From Azolla caroliniana (lineage: Eukaryota > Plantae > Polypodiophyta): 64,000 nucleotides of DNA. A program made the position numbers and the translations under genes. Shown one piece after another: positions 21,638 through 31,218 of the stretch. Each line of letters starts with the position of its first letter. The stretch's first letter is position 1. The notes under the pieces were generated by a model. It saw only the letters and a list, made by a program, of their open reading frames with translations. It was not told the origin of the DNA and did not search any database. The stretch covers positions 7,130,001 to 7,194,000 of the forward strand of contig JBHGNT010000003.1 in the NCBI GenBank assembly GCA_043228905.1, in the 5' to 3' direction.

Positions 21638-24600
21638 ATGACTAGACCAACGCACGACCTGGTTACAGACCGAGCTCGACGCCTCGCCGAACGGCAAAGA
21701 CGGCGTGAGACTTTCCAGCAAGCAGCGCACGAAATTCGCTCGGATCGTTCGTTCTCCAACGAGATCCGGAGAGTCGCGGAGGAATCTCTTCGGTTACAGC
21801 AAACTCGCGACCAGGACGACGGAAGCAGTCTAAGTAGTCTCCGGGAAACCGAACACCTCCTAGCGGCGCTGGCAAGCGGAGAAAACGAGGCAGAAGCCTT
21901 TTCAGCCTACGAATCGGATTCCGAAGGGGGATACAGCGTGCACACGAACTACCGGAGCAGCAACGATACCCCCGGCGGCCCGGAGGACGACGGGTCGGAT
22001 ACCGAGCCGACTCCAGAACCGGAACCGCAAAAGGAAGCCGTCAACCCATCAACACCGGAAGTGGAAGTAGCAAAGCCACCGACACCAACGAAAGAGCCGA
22101 CAAAGGTACCGGAAGACGAGCCGGTGAAAGAACCGGAAAAAGAACCGGAAGAGGAACCGGAAAAAGCACCGGCAAAACAACTGGAAGTGGAACCGGAGAG
22201 GAAACCGGAAAGATATCAACAAACGCCACTAAACCGCGGCCTAATACTGGACGACGACATGCCGTTCCAATACTCAAAGTATCGCGATGATCCGGACGCG
22301 GAAGCGCATGTTCATGCCTTCGAGCAGACATGGGAAGCAAATCACACGTCCCAGCGAATGACACCGGAGGAAGAAGAACGCTCGAAGATAGCGGAATTCG
22401 GGGTCACGTTGGAAGGACCAGCGACACGATGGCGGCGGACGCAGGACCCGGCCACCATCACAACCTTTGCAGAATTAAAAGCAAAATTCTTGCATTTTTT
22501 CCACAAGGAGGTCGACCAAACGACAATGGTGGGCCTGTTTTATACGATCCGACAGGAGGCAGGGGAAAGCATTCCCCAATTTGTCATCCGTTTCCAACGA
22601 ATGCATAGCCAGCTTGCCCGTGCACCCCCGGAGGAGGAATTACGGACGATATTTTTAAACGCACTCCGGGAACCGTTACGCACGGTGTGTACGGTAATCG
22701 ACTTTCGAGGAAGCACCATTGACCAGGTCATTGACCGGGTCAGAGAAATGGAAAAGTCAAGCTCATGGCTTACGCTGGGAACACTGCAACGGGCGTTACC
22801 CACCGAGGAAGATCTCCGGTTCCGGCAGGCAATTCAATGCACAATCTGCTTGAATGCCGGACACTCGGCAGTGGAGTGCACCATGCGAACCCAGTGCGTG
22901 ATTTGTCAATCCAAGAGTCATACAACGGACCGGTGCGAGTATAACCTGTTAAACCGACAAGCACCACCCGTCCGACGGATCGAGCCAAGAAGCAGCCGAG
23001 ACGAAGATGACGATCGTTGGCAAAGAATGAACCGGTACCGACCGGCACAGGATGCCCGGTACGGAGATAGACAAGAGAATGATGGCCGGTACGGGAATCG
23101 GCATGATAACTACGACCGGTATGAGCGATCGGACCGTTATCGGGAGTCCAACAGACGACACGAGCAATACGACAGAGACCATTCCCCTGGTTACCGGAAG
23201 CACCAGGAGGACTACGGCCGATTTTACGATCCACCACGACCAGACTACCGAAATAAAAATAAGAATAATAAGAAACGTAATTTCAAGAAAGGTGGTCACC
23301 CTAGGGACCCGGAACATGGAACCCCAAGGAGCCAACCGGCACAGAACGCACCACTCACTACGGGACCGACTCCGGCTACCAGCAATGCTGAATCCAGCAA
23401 TACCCGTAAAGAGTACTGCTACTACTGCAGGCAGGAAGGCCACTACAGTAACCAGTGCCCGGTAAAGAGCTACGAGAAACGACCAGCAGTTAATATGGTG
23501 GTTCCGGAAGTGACGGATGTACAGCAAGTAACCACACGGTCGAAAGGCATGGCCAAAGAGTGGGAAACACAAGAGGCCATACGAAAACAGGCGACGGAAT
23601 GGGTGAAGGAAGCCAATGGAAGGAACGTTGCGGACGTGGAACGGCAAAAGGCGAATACCATAGGGAGTGCCGGCGGTAGCCACGCAGAAAACGAGACATG
23701 GCAAGCACTGCAAGAATGTCAGATCACGTTGCCATTAGGAAGACTCTTGCAGCTCGTGCCGCGATTTACGGAAGGACTAAAAACGGGCATGACAGACGGT
23801 ATAGCCCCACCGGCACCAGTCCTCTTCTCGAATCCGGAGGAGGGACCGACAGTGGTGGACACTAGTAGTCCGGTGATTACAGCTATTGTCAAAGGGCACG
23901 AACTTCCCGGCACAGTAATCGATGGAGGTTCCGGGGTGAACGTAATAAGCCTCCGCACGTGCGATGCCTTGGGTATACATGAATGGGAGCCATGTCCGTT
24001 CTGGCTACGGATGGCGAATACGAGCTCTGTACGGCCGACGGGCTTAATACGGAAATTGGAAGTCACCATAGGAGGTCACACATTTCACATCTCGGTTGTA
24101 GTGCTGCAGCTACAGGCGCAAGGCGCGTACCCACTGTTGCTGGGCAGACCATGGTTGAAAACAGCACACATCAAGCAAAATTGGCGGAAAAATATGATTA
24201 CCTTCCGGCGCGGAAAAGCCAAGGTCTGGGTACCGACACAACCACGGACGAGCAACGGTAAGGAATGCACACCGCTGTATGCGGAATGCGTGAACATGCT
24301 TGAAGGGTTGGCAGACGACGAAGAAGCCCAGTACTTGGAGGAACACCCGAAGATCGTACCACTCTTCGAGATTGACGTGGCTGAAGCCGTAGCGCCATAC
24401 TTGCCGCAGCGGGACGAAACCGAAGCCGAACCAGACAAAGATGCGATTCGGGAATTACGGCAAGCACAGGAAGCGTTGGAACGGGAAATGGCCGTTTCCC
24501 AACGGGTAAAAGCATCCCAGCTCGACGAAGTGAACCTAGGAAGCAAGGACGAATCAAAGCCGGTACACATCGCCAAAGAAATGAAGCCGGAAGATAAAGC

Positions 24601-27427
24601 GGCGATGATCAAACTTCTCACGGAGTTTCGCGACGTATTCGCCTGGTCATACGAAGACATGCGAGGGCTGGACCCTCAATTATATCAGCATCAGATCCAC
24701 TTAGGCAAGGACGCGAAACCAGTGGCGCAAAGACGTTACCGAATGAACCCCAACTACGCCGCCAAAGTGAAGGAGGAAATCGACAAACTCCTAAGAGTGG
24801 GCTTCATCCGGCCGGTAAAGAAAGCGACGTGGCTGAGCCCCATCGTCGTCGTCCCCAAGAAGAACGGTAAAATCCGCGTGTGTGTAGATTACAGGAAACT
24901 AAATGCAGCCACAATTACGGATGCATTTCCTCTTCCGTTCACGGATGGAGTACTGGATGCCGTCGCCGGCCATGAAGTTTATAGCTTTCTAGACGGGTTC
25001 AGCGGATACAATCAAATCCGGATGCACCCTGACGACCAGGAGAAGACAGCGTTCGTCACCGAATGGGGGGTGTTTGTGGCCGAAGTAATGATGTTCGGCC
25101 TAAAAACGGCACCAGTAACTTTCCAGCGAATCATCATGGAGATCTTCGGCGAATACATTCCTGCCTTCATGCAGGTTTTCCTGGATGATTTTGCAGTCTA
25201 TAGCCGGGGAAAAGACCATTTGCAGCACCTACGGTTATGCCTTGAAAAGTGTAGGTTATACCGGCTAAGCTTAAACCCAGCAAAATGCATCTTTGGAGTT
25301 TCAAGTGGAATCTTACTGGGACACATTGTGAGTAAGGAGGGCATTGCGGTCGACCCGGACAAAGTAAACGCGATACTAGGGGCACCGGCGCCGAAAACGG
25401 CCAAAGCACTAAGCCGATTCTTAGGACAGATCCGGTGGCACAGCCGGATGCTCCGTCACTTGGCTGACTTGGCTACACCATTACACACCGCGGTACATCG
25501 GACACCGTTCCAATGGACGGATACGGAGGATAAGGCATACAATGCCCTGAAGGTACTTTTGTCGCAAGCACCCGTCGTGCAGCCTCCGGATTGGAGCAAG
25601 GAATTTCATGTGTTCGTTGACGCTTCCGACATCGCTATCGGCAGCGCCTTAATGCAACTTACGGAGCCTAAATGGTACCGGCCGGTATATTACGCCAGCC
25701 GGAAGCTGTCCCAAGCGGAGAAGAACTATTCGACGATAGAACGGGAGGCCCTGGGCATGATCTATAGTGTCACAAAGTTTCGTCATTACCTATTGGGAAG
25801 GAAGTTCTCCTTTCATGTGGATCACTCGGCGCTCCTGTACTTAGTGTCCAAGGCGTCCCTGACCGGTAAGTTGGCCCGTTGGACCTTGCTATTGCAGGAG
25901 TTCGAATTCGAGATCTTTCACCGGCCCGGTATCCAGCATGCCGTAGCAGACTACCTGAGCCGGTTAGAGTCCGGAGAATCAGGCGACGGAGTAGCGGATG
26001 AATTCCCGGACGCAGAGTTATTCCGTATCACCCCGGAAACGGCAGCGGACGACACGGTGGTATCAGAAGACAGGTGGCTGACAAACATGCACCAGTTCCT
26101 AAGCATGGGCCTGCCACCGGAGGAAATGAACCGAGACGAGAGGAAACGACTGGCGGTGCAGAGCCGCAATTTCTGTCTGTTACGGGACACTCTCTACCAC
26201 AAAGGAGCAGATGGAATATGGAGACGGGCAGTCCGTAGTGACGAGAAACAAGTAATCTTACGGGAAGCACACTGTGGGGTTGCCGGAGGACACTATGCCG
26301 GGGAAGCGACGGCAAGGAAAGTATGGCAGAGCGGCTTGTGGTGGCCCACGACGTTAAAAGACGCCGTCAAGTATGCTAAGGAATGTGACCTATGCCAGCG
26401 AATGGGCCAGCCTACGGAGCAAGCACGGATGCCACACCAAGCGGTACTTCCATTAGAGCCATTCCAGAAGTGGGGGTTGGATTTTGTCGGACCGTTCAAG
26501 CCACCGGCAATGAGAACGGGTAATCGTTATGTCATCGTGGCAACGGATTATTGCACTAAATGGGTGGAAGCTAAGGCCCTGAGAGACAACACCGCGTCAT
26601 CCACAGCAAAATTCCTGTACGAAAACATTTGGTGCCGATATGGATGTCCGATTGAATTAATCAGCGACCAAGGAGGGCACTTCCTCGGCCAGGTAGTGGA
26701 AAGCTTAACAACGTTCTATGCCGTGGTCCATAAACGAAGCACATCGTACTACCCACAGGCGAACGGGTTAGCAGAGTCCACCAACAAAACGCTGCAGAAC
26801 ATTCTCCGCAAAATCGTCAACGAAAACCGGACGGACTGGGATACAAAGCTCCATAGCGCGCTATGGGCGTACCGAACGGCATACAAAACAAGTATCCGGA
26901 CAACGCCGTTCCGGTTAGCGTTCGGCTTAGAGGCGGTCATGCCGGTGGAATTTCAGGTACCAAGCTTACGGATCCAACTACGGGAACGGCTGAATGAAAA
27001 GAAGTCGGAGGAAATGCGGCTAGCAGCACTATGCGAACTGGAGGAGCAACAGCTGGCCAGCATCCTACACATGGAACTGGAGCAACGACGACGGAAAGCG
27101 TTCGTTGACCGTCACCGGAAAGGTAATGAAAAGATGTTCGAAATCGGAAAGCCGGTGCTAGTATTCCAAACAAGGATGGGCAAGATGCCGGGTAAACTCC
27201 GGTTTAGATGGACAGGCCCGTATTGGCTGACACGGGAATACAACGGGTCCTATCAGATTGGGACACTTGCCGGTGAAGTACTAGGCAAGTGGGTGAACGG
27301 ATTTAGACTAAAGCCCTATAAAGGACCAATGCCAAAAATAACCCGTTTATGCAGCCCACCGGCACTATACCGGGAACCTGTTCGGGAACGGTACGGATGG
27401 AAGAAAAAGACGACGGGGAACCCGTAG
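21638..27427 (+). CDS. Intact Gag-Pol polyprotein of D (1929 aa)
   Basis: Three CCHC knuckles, protease IDGGSGVN, RT FLDGFSGY and FLDDF, RNase H, integrase ([15 protein letters not shown]). No chromodomain or extra RNase H seen. Confidence 0.97.
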   Translation: MTRPTHDLVTDRARRLAERQRRRETFQQAAHEIRSDRSFSNEIRRVAEESLRLQQTRDQDDGSSLSSLRETEHLLAALASGENEAEAFSAYESDSEGGYSVHTNYRSSNDTPGGPEDDGSDTEPTPEPEPQKEAVNPSTPEVEVAKPPTPTKEPTKVPEDEPVKEPEKEPEEEPEKAPAKQLEVEPERKPERYQQTPLNRGLILDDDMPFQYSKYRDDPDAEAHVHAFEQTWEANHTSQRMTPEEEERSKIAEFGVTLEGPATRWRRTQDPATITTFAELKAKFLHFFHKEVDQTTMVGLFYTIRQEAGESIPQFVIRFQRMHSQLARAPPEEELRTIFLNALREPLRTVCTVIDFRGSTIDQVIDRVREMEKSSSWLTLGTLQRALPTEEDLRFRQAIQCTICLNAGHSAVECTMRTQCVICQSKSHTTDRCEYNLLNRQAPPVRRIEPRSSRDEDDDRWQRMNRYRPAQDARYGDRQENDGRYGNRHDNYDRYERSDRYRESNRRHEQYDRDHSPGYRKHQEDYGRFYDPPRPDYRNKNKNNKKRNFKKGGHPRDPEHGTPRSQPAQNAPLTTGPTPATSNAESSNTRKEYCYYCRQEGHYSNQCPVKSYEKRPAVNMVVPEVTDVQQVTTRSKGMAKEWETQEAIRKQATEWVKEANGRNVADVERQKANTIGSAGGSHAENETWQALQECQITLPLGRLLQLVPRFTEGLKTGMTDGIAPPAPVLFSNPEEGPTVVDTSSPVITAIVKGHELPGTVIDGGSGVNVISLRTCDALGIHEWEPCPFWLRMANTSSVRPTGLIRKLEVTIGGHTFHISVVVLQLQAQGAYPLLLGRPWLKTAHIKQNWRKNMITFRRGKAKVWVPTQPRTSNGKECTPLYAECVNMLEGLADDEEAQYLEEHPKIVPLFEIDVAEAVAPYLPQRDETEAEPDKDAIRELRQAQEALEREMAVSQRVKASQLDEVNLGSKDESKPVHIAKEMKPEDKAAMIKLLTEFRDVFAWSYEDMRGLDPQLYQHQIHLGKDAKPVAQRRYRMNPNYAAKVKEEIDKLLRVGFIRPVKKATWLSPIVVVPKKNGKIRVCVDYRKLNAATITDAFPLPFTDGVLDAVAGHEVYSFLDGFSGYNQIRMHPDDQEKTAFVTEWGVFVAEVMMFGLKTAPVTFQRIIMEIFGEYIPAFMQVFLDDFAVYSRGKDHLQHLRLCLEKCRLYRLSLNPAKCIFGVSSGILLGHIVSKEGIAVDPDKVNAILGAPAPKTAKALSRFLGQIRWHSRMLRHLADLATPLHTAVHRTPFQWTDTEDKAYNALKVLLSQAPVVQPPDWSKEFHVFVDASDIAIGSALMQLTEPKWYRPVYYASRKLSQAEKNYSTIEREALGMIYSVTKFRHYLLGRKFSFHVDHSALLYLVSKASLTGKLARWTLLLQEFEFEIFHRPGIQHAVADYLSRLESGESGDGVADEFPDAELFRITPETAADDTVVSEDRWLTNMHQFLSMGLPPEEMNRDERKRLAVQSRNFCLLRDTLYHKGADGIWRRAVRSDEKQVILREAHCGVAGGHYAGEATARKVWQSGLWWPTTLKDAVKYAKECDLCQRMGQPTEQARMPHQAVLPLEPFQKWGLDFVGPFKPPAMRTGNRYVIVATDYCTKWVEAKALRDNTASSTAKFLYENIWCRYGCPIELISDQGGHFLGQVVESLTTFYAVVHKRSTSYYPQANGLAESTNKTLQNILRKIVNENRTDWDTKLHSALWAYRTAYKTSIRTTPFRLAFGLEAVMPVEFQVPSLRIQLRERLNEKKSEEMRLAALCELEEQQLASILHMELEQRRRKAFVDRHRKGNEKMFEIGKPVLVFQTRMGKMPGKLRFRWTGPYWLTREYNGSYQIGTLAGEVLGKWVNGFRLKPYKGPMPKITRLCSPPALYREPVRERYGWKKKTTGNP

Positions 27428-27515
27428 CAGAGGCGAAGGAAGACACGGCAACCCGTAAGGAAAACGGTAAGGGTCCGAAGGGACCTACGGATGTGTAAGG
27501 TCACACACCGTCATT

Positions 27516-27540
27516 AAAAAAAAAAAAAAAAAAAAAAAAA
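27516..27540 (+). repeat. Poly(A) tract (~25 nt) between pol and ORF2 of D
   Basis: Directly visible. Confidence 0.9.
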
Positions 27541-27881
27541 GATCATTAAAAATCGAGGTATGAACGGACGGGAAAGCAAGGAGCGAAAAGGTACGTAGTG
27601 GGCATTTAAGAGCCGCCACATTGCTTAATACTAATTTGGTACACGACGTGCGCATGCTCGAAAAAGGTGCCAAGACGCACAGAGAAAAAGAAGAACGCAT
27701 GGAGACCTTCTTTTTTCGCGAGCCAAGAAGCACAGAAGCACCAAGGCAGTGGAAGCTTAGCAAACGCGAACCTGCACTCAGAGAAACCCCACGTTCGGAA
27801 CGCTCTCTGTCTCGCTCCCTCTCTCGCTCTCACTCTCATCACCACTCTACCTCGCCATCTTTCCTCGACCTCGAAGCAGAC

Positions 27882-30551
27882 ATGGAACCACAAACGCTGT
27901 CGGAAGCGGCCAGGAAATGGTTCAGGCAACACGGACTGGACGGGTTCTTGACCATCATGGAGGCACCACCGCACAAAGAAGCCGACCAGGTCATCAAGGA
28001 GCTCGACAAAGAAGTCATCACCGAGGAAGCGATCCGTGCGCTAACAGGCCTTCCGGAGGGAGGTATTTTTCAGATTGATAATCCAACCTCGGAGCAACTC
28101 ACCCGATATTTCGGTGAGTACTCTGTAGCCGGCAAAGGCTATCGAACGCAGGGCGGCGAAGATCCGCTGTTCAGGGAGATAGCTCGAGTGCTCCATGAGT
28201 ACGGCCACGTGTACCCCCGACCCCCTGTCATGCCAAAAAATCGGGCAGGGATGATCATAGCCACCTATGAAGGGATCCAGGTGGACTGGCCGGTGTTGAT
28301 TGCAGACGGTTTGTGCGCGGCAATCGACATGGTACGAGGAAAGGACGGCAAGGAGGGCCGGAAGCTGTGGCATGCCGTAGCTCAGTGGATAACATTGCTT
28401 GTGCCGCCGGTCGAGACCGTTCAGCCAAAGAAGCGGCCAAGATTATCGGAAGGAAGCACCTCGAAACCCGCGTCCAAACGACAGCAGCTGCTGGCGTCGA
28501 AGGCGACGAAAGGGAAGAAACGGCTCCCAGTACCGGAGGAGGTGTCACCGGTGGGACCCGTTAAGATAACCATACGGCGACCGGGACAGAAGGAACCAGA
28601 ACCCTTGACGGCACGGAAACATGCCGTTACCCAGGAAGAGGAAACGGAGGAGCCAGAAGAGCACCTCCAACGACGGTCAAGAAGTAGGACCGCCGGGACA
28701 GCGGGGGAGCGTTCGGACCCGCAGAAGGAAGAAACGCCCCCAACTCAACCTGAGCAAACCGCAAGGGAGGAACCGGAACCGGTGCGTGTGGAACCGGCCT
28801 TGTCGACTTCTATACCAGAAGTCATTCCAACGGCTCCGGAGACGGCGAGAACCGGAACTCAACAGCCGGCGAGCCCAGCCAGCACACACGGCGGCCAAGA
28901 AGTAGAACCAGAACGGCAGATACAGGCACTCAGGCCAGACAATTCCACAGTGAACGAGCCGACCCGACCAGTACAGCAGCAAGGCACCAGTAGCATGTGG
29001 CTACGGTGGGTAGGTGAGCAGATCGCCGGAGCGGTCGAGTACATAGAGGCGGAGGAGAGAGCGCACAACGAACGGTTGCTCGTCACAACCGTAGATCTAG
29101 AGACGGCCCGGTCCAGAATCCGGAGCCTTGAACAAGACTTGGACAGGGTCACAAGGGAAATGGCTCAATTAGCTTTGACAACACAAGTCCAAGCACTGGT
29201 GACTCCGGGCAATGTACAGAATATAGCGACAGATCAACCTGTACATAGCAATCAGACCCCGGCAACGGAAACCGTTCCGGAGAGAAATGCGGCACAAGCC
29301 CAAGAGCTTGCAGACTTAAAGGATGAGCTAGCTGCCCAAGAAGCGCTGAGGAGCCGCGAAAGAGAATTGAAGACGGCAGCAGAGGCGGAACTCAAAAAGA
29401 CTGCTGAGAATCTACGCCGGGCCGAGGAGAGCTTACGAAAAGGCCACCAAGCGTACGACCGGCTCAAGGAGGAAAAGGAGAAAATGCTGCAAGAGAAGGA
29501 CAGGCTCCGGAGAAACGCCGAAACAGAAATAGAGCGCCTGAAAGAAGAACTCCGGCAGCTAAAGGACCAGGAGAACCGGAACCATCGCCAGATCAACGGC
29601 AAGCTCAAACAAAAAACGGAGGAATTTGAGCAATTGCACCGGGAGTATAAACGGTTGCAAACGGAGCACAAGGAACGGACGGATGAGCTCCGGCAAGCAG
29701 TTGATCGGACCGCAACGGCATACGCCAATGAACAAGCGGAAAACAGAAGACGGTTGGAAGAGGCGGAGAAGGTTCGGACAGAGCTCCTCAGGCAACAGCA
29801 GGCGGAAAAAGAAAGAGCGGCGGAGGTACTGCAGAGGCTGCAGACAACATATCAAGGGCAGCTGACGCGCTACAGAGAGCAGGCGGAGGATACGGCGAAT
29901 CTCATCAAGCAGTTGAAGGAGGAACGACAAGTTGTGGAAAGTAGAGCGCAAATGGGAGCAAGTCGCATCCAGGATATAATGCGGGCCTGGTTGAACCAGA
30001 CCAAGAGCTTGATTGACAATGGGTCCATCAAATGGTGGACCAAGTGGGCCACGAACGCGGCGGAACTCCAAATGCTCCGGGCCGACGTAGAGAACCGGCG
30101 GAAGGAGGGAGATGATTGCTATATGCTGACTTCCGAAGACTTCACCGGCATAAGAGATGAGCTGGCCGAAGACTTTCAAGCCTTGGCAGAGGACCAACTA
30201 GGGCAAGTCCGGCAACTTGTAGCTCAGCTGGACGACGACAGGCTGGAGGCGCAGATCCAGTTTGAAAGCTACGAGAGGTCCCGGATCCGGGAAGAGAAAG
30301 CACGAGAACCGGTTACGGTCAACCTCAGTGATGAGGAACCGTTACTGGAAGGAGACCGGACCGGAAGCAGTCAAACGGAGATGCCGGAGTCAGAGAAACA
30401 AACGGAGCAGCCGCCTATAGAGCAGCCGGAGCAGCCGCAGTCCCAACCGCAACCACAGCAGCAGCAGCAAGCACAGCCGCAACAACCACAACCGGAAGAA
30501 CAATTGGAAAATCTGGAACAAAGTATTTTGGACAATTTGGGTGAACAATGA
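27882..30551 (+). CDS. ORF2 of D: 889-aa protein with a conserved N-terminal domain, a P/E/T-rich linker and a long coiled coil
   Basis: Open frame. The ATG at 27882 (MEPQTLSEAARKWF) aligns with the start of C ORF2 (MPLTASTETRAWL). Confidence 0.88.
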   Translation: MEPQTLSEAARKWFRQHGLDGFLTIMEAPPHKEADQVIKELDKEVITEEAIRALTGLPEGGIFQIDNPTSEQLTRYFGEYSVAGKGYRTQGGEDPLFREIARVLHEYGHVYPRPPVMPKNRAGMIIATYEGIQVDWPVLIADGLCAAIDMVRGKDGKEGRKLWHAVAQWITLLVPPVETVQPKKRPRLSEGSTSKPASKRQQLLASKATKGKKRLPVPEEVSPVGPVKITIRRPGQKEPEPLTARKHAVTQEEETEEPEEHLQRRSRSRTAGTAGERSDPQKEETPPTQPEQTAREEPEPVRVEPALSTSIPEVIPTAPETARTGTQQPASPASTHGGQEVEPERQIQALRPDNSTVNEPTRPVQQQGTSSMWLRWVGEQIAGAVEYIEAEERAHNERLLVTTVDLETARSRIRSLEQDLDRVTREMAQLALTTQVQALVTPGNVQNIATDQPVHSNQTPATETVPERNAAQAQELADLKDELAAQEALRSRERELKTAAEAELKKTAENLRRAEESLRKGHQAYDRLKEEKEKMLQEKDRLRRNAETEIERLKEELRQLKDQENRNHRQINGKLKQKTEEFEQLHREYKRLQTEHKERTDELRQAVDRTATAYANEQAENRRRLEEAEKVRTELLRQQQAEKERAAEVLQRLQTTYQGQLTRYREQAEDTANLIKQLKEERQVVESRAQMGASRIQDIMRAWLNQTKSLIDNGSIKWWTKWATNAAELQMLRADVENRRKEGDDCYMLTSEDFTGIRDELAEDFQALAEDQLGQVRQLVAQLDDDRLEAQIQFESYERSRIREEKAREPVTVNLSDEEPLLEGDRTGSSQTEMPESEKQTEQPPIEQPEQPQSQPQPQQQQQAQPQQPQPEEQLENLEQSILDNLGEQ

Positions 30552-30563
30552 AGGGGCCGAGAA

Positions 30564-30603
30564 GGGTTCGACGTACAAGGTACTGTCCCACGGGCGTGCC
30601 ATG
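30564..30603 (+). other. tRNA-Arg 3'-end-like motif at the PPT position of D
   Basis: GGGTTCGA-cgtacaaggtact-GTCCCACGGGCGTGCCA-tg-LTR. Conserved in C at 38953-38994. Confidence 0.8.
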
Positions 30604-31218
30604 TGTTACCGGCCGGCAAGGAGTCCAAAATACGGAGTGAAGGAATTAATTAAGTATGGTTGTAAATAAGCATAGTGTGGACGGACGGACTGGAAACGGT
30701 ATGCCGTTCCAGATCCGGACGGATCCCGAATAGGTGCGAGAGGCACCGTTTTGTACTACGGGCCGGAAACCTATTTAAAGGCCCGGACCCCATTGTAATC
30801 GAGCGGATAATTAATAGAGCATATGGTGTTTATACTTCTGTGTTGATTTCCGTTCTGTAATTACTGTTATATCTTACGCGTGTAATTAACCAAGCATTCT
30901 AATCGTGTAACTTACGTAAGTCGGTGTAATCGTTGAATCTTAATCCTATGCCGTAATCACCCTTTGGTGAAGTGTCTCCGTGACACCTTGTGTTAGGCCT
31001 TGTCCGGCCAGCGAATAACAGACGAGGCGAGTCGGCACGCAATGGAGGCTCACTGAGCACGTCTTATGTACAGATTGAGTATTATTGTTGAATATAGTTC
31101 TTTGTCTTTCTCTCTCTGTCTCTCCCGAGTATACTGTGTAGCTTAAGCTCTCCATTGAACCTAAGTTTCCTTCCCTCTGTTCTGTCTTCATACTTGCTTC
31201 CGCACGCTACTTTCTACA

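Larger units (their letters stand above)
21170..31020 (+). mobile_element. Full-length, young Ty3/gypsy element D (9851 bp)
   Basis: 417-bp LTRs at 21170-21586 and 30604-31020 with 3 differences seen. TSD GACGA (21165-21169 and 31021-31025). PBS TGGCGACCACG at 21593-21603. Confidence 0.97.
19846..31218 (+). mobile_element. Ty1/copia remnant F: 3' internal piece-PPT-LTR-PBS-gag-(D insertion)-deletion-partial LTR
   Basis: PPT GAGGGGGAG before LTR 20067-20452. PBS TGGTATTAGAGC at 20453-20464 (iMet). Gag MASSLPTEKLNRTNYASW from 20534. The 3' part of the LTR is repeated at 31048-31218. Confidence 0.88.

Noticed and set aside
27621-27881. N-terminal 87 aa of the listed 976-aa ORF
   Set aside because: It uses a TTG start in low-complexity leader sequence, and homology with C begins at the ATG at 27882.
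30550-30566. Purine-rich stretch as the PPT of D
   Set aside because: It lies about 37 nt from the LTR, is interrupted, and is not conserved in C. It is kept only as an alternative to test.
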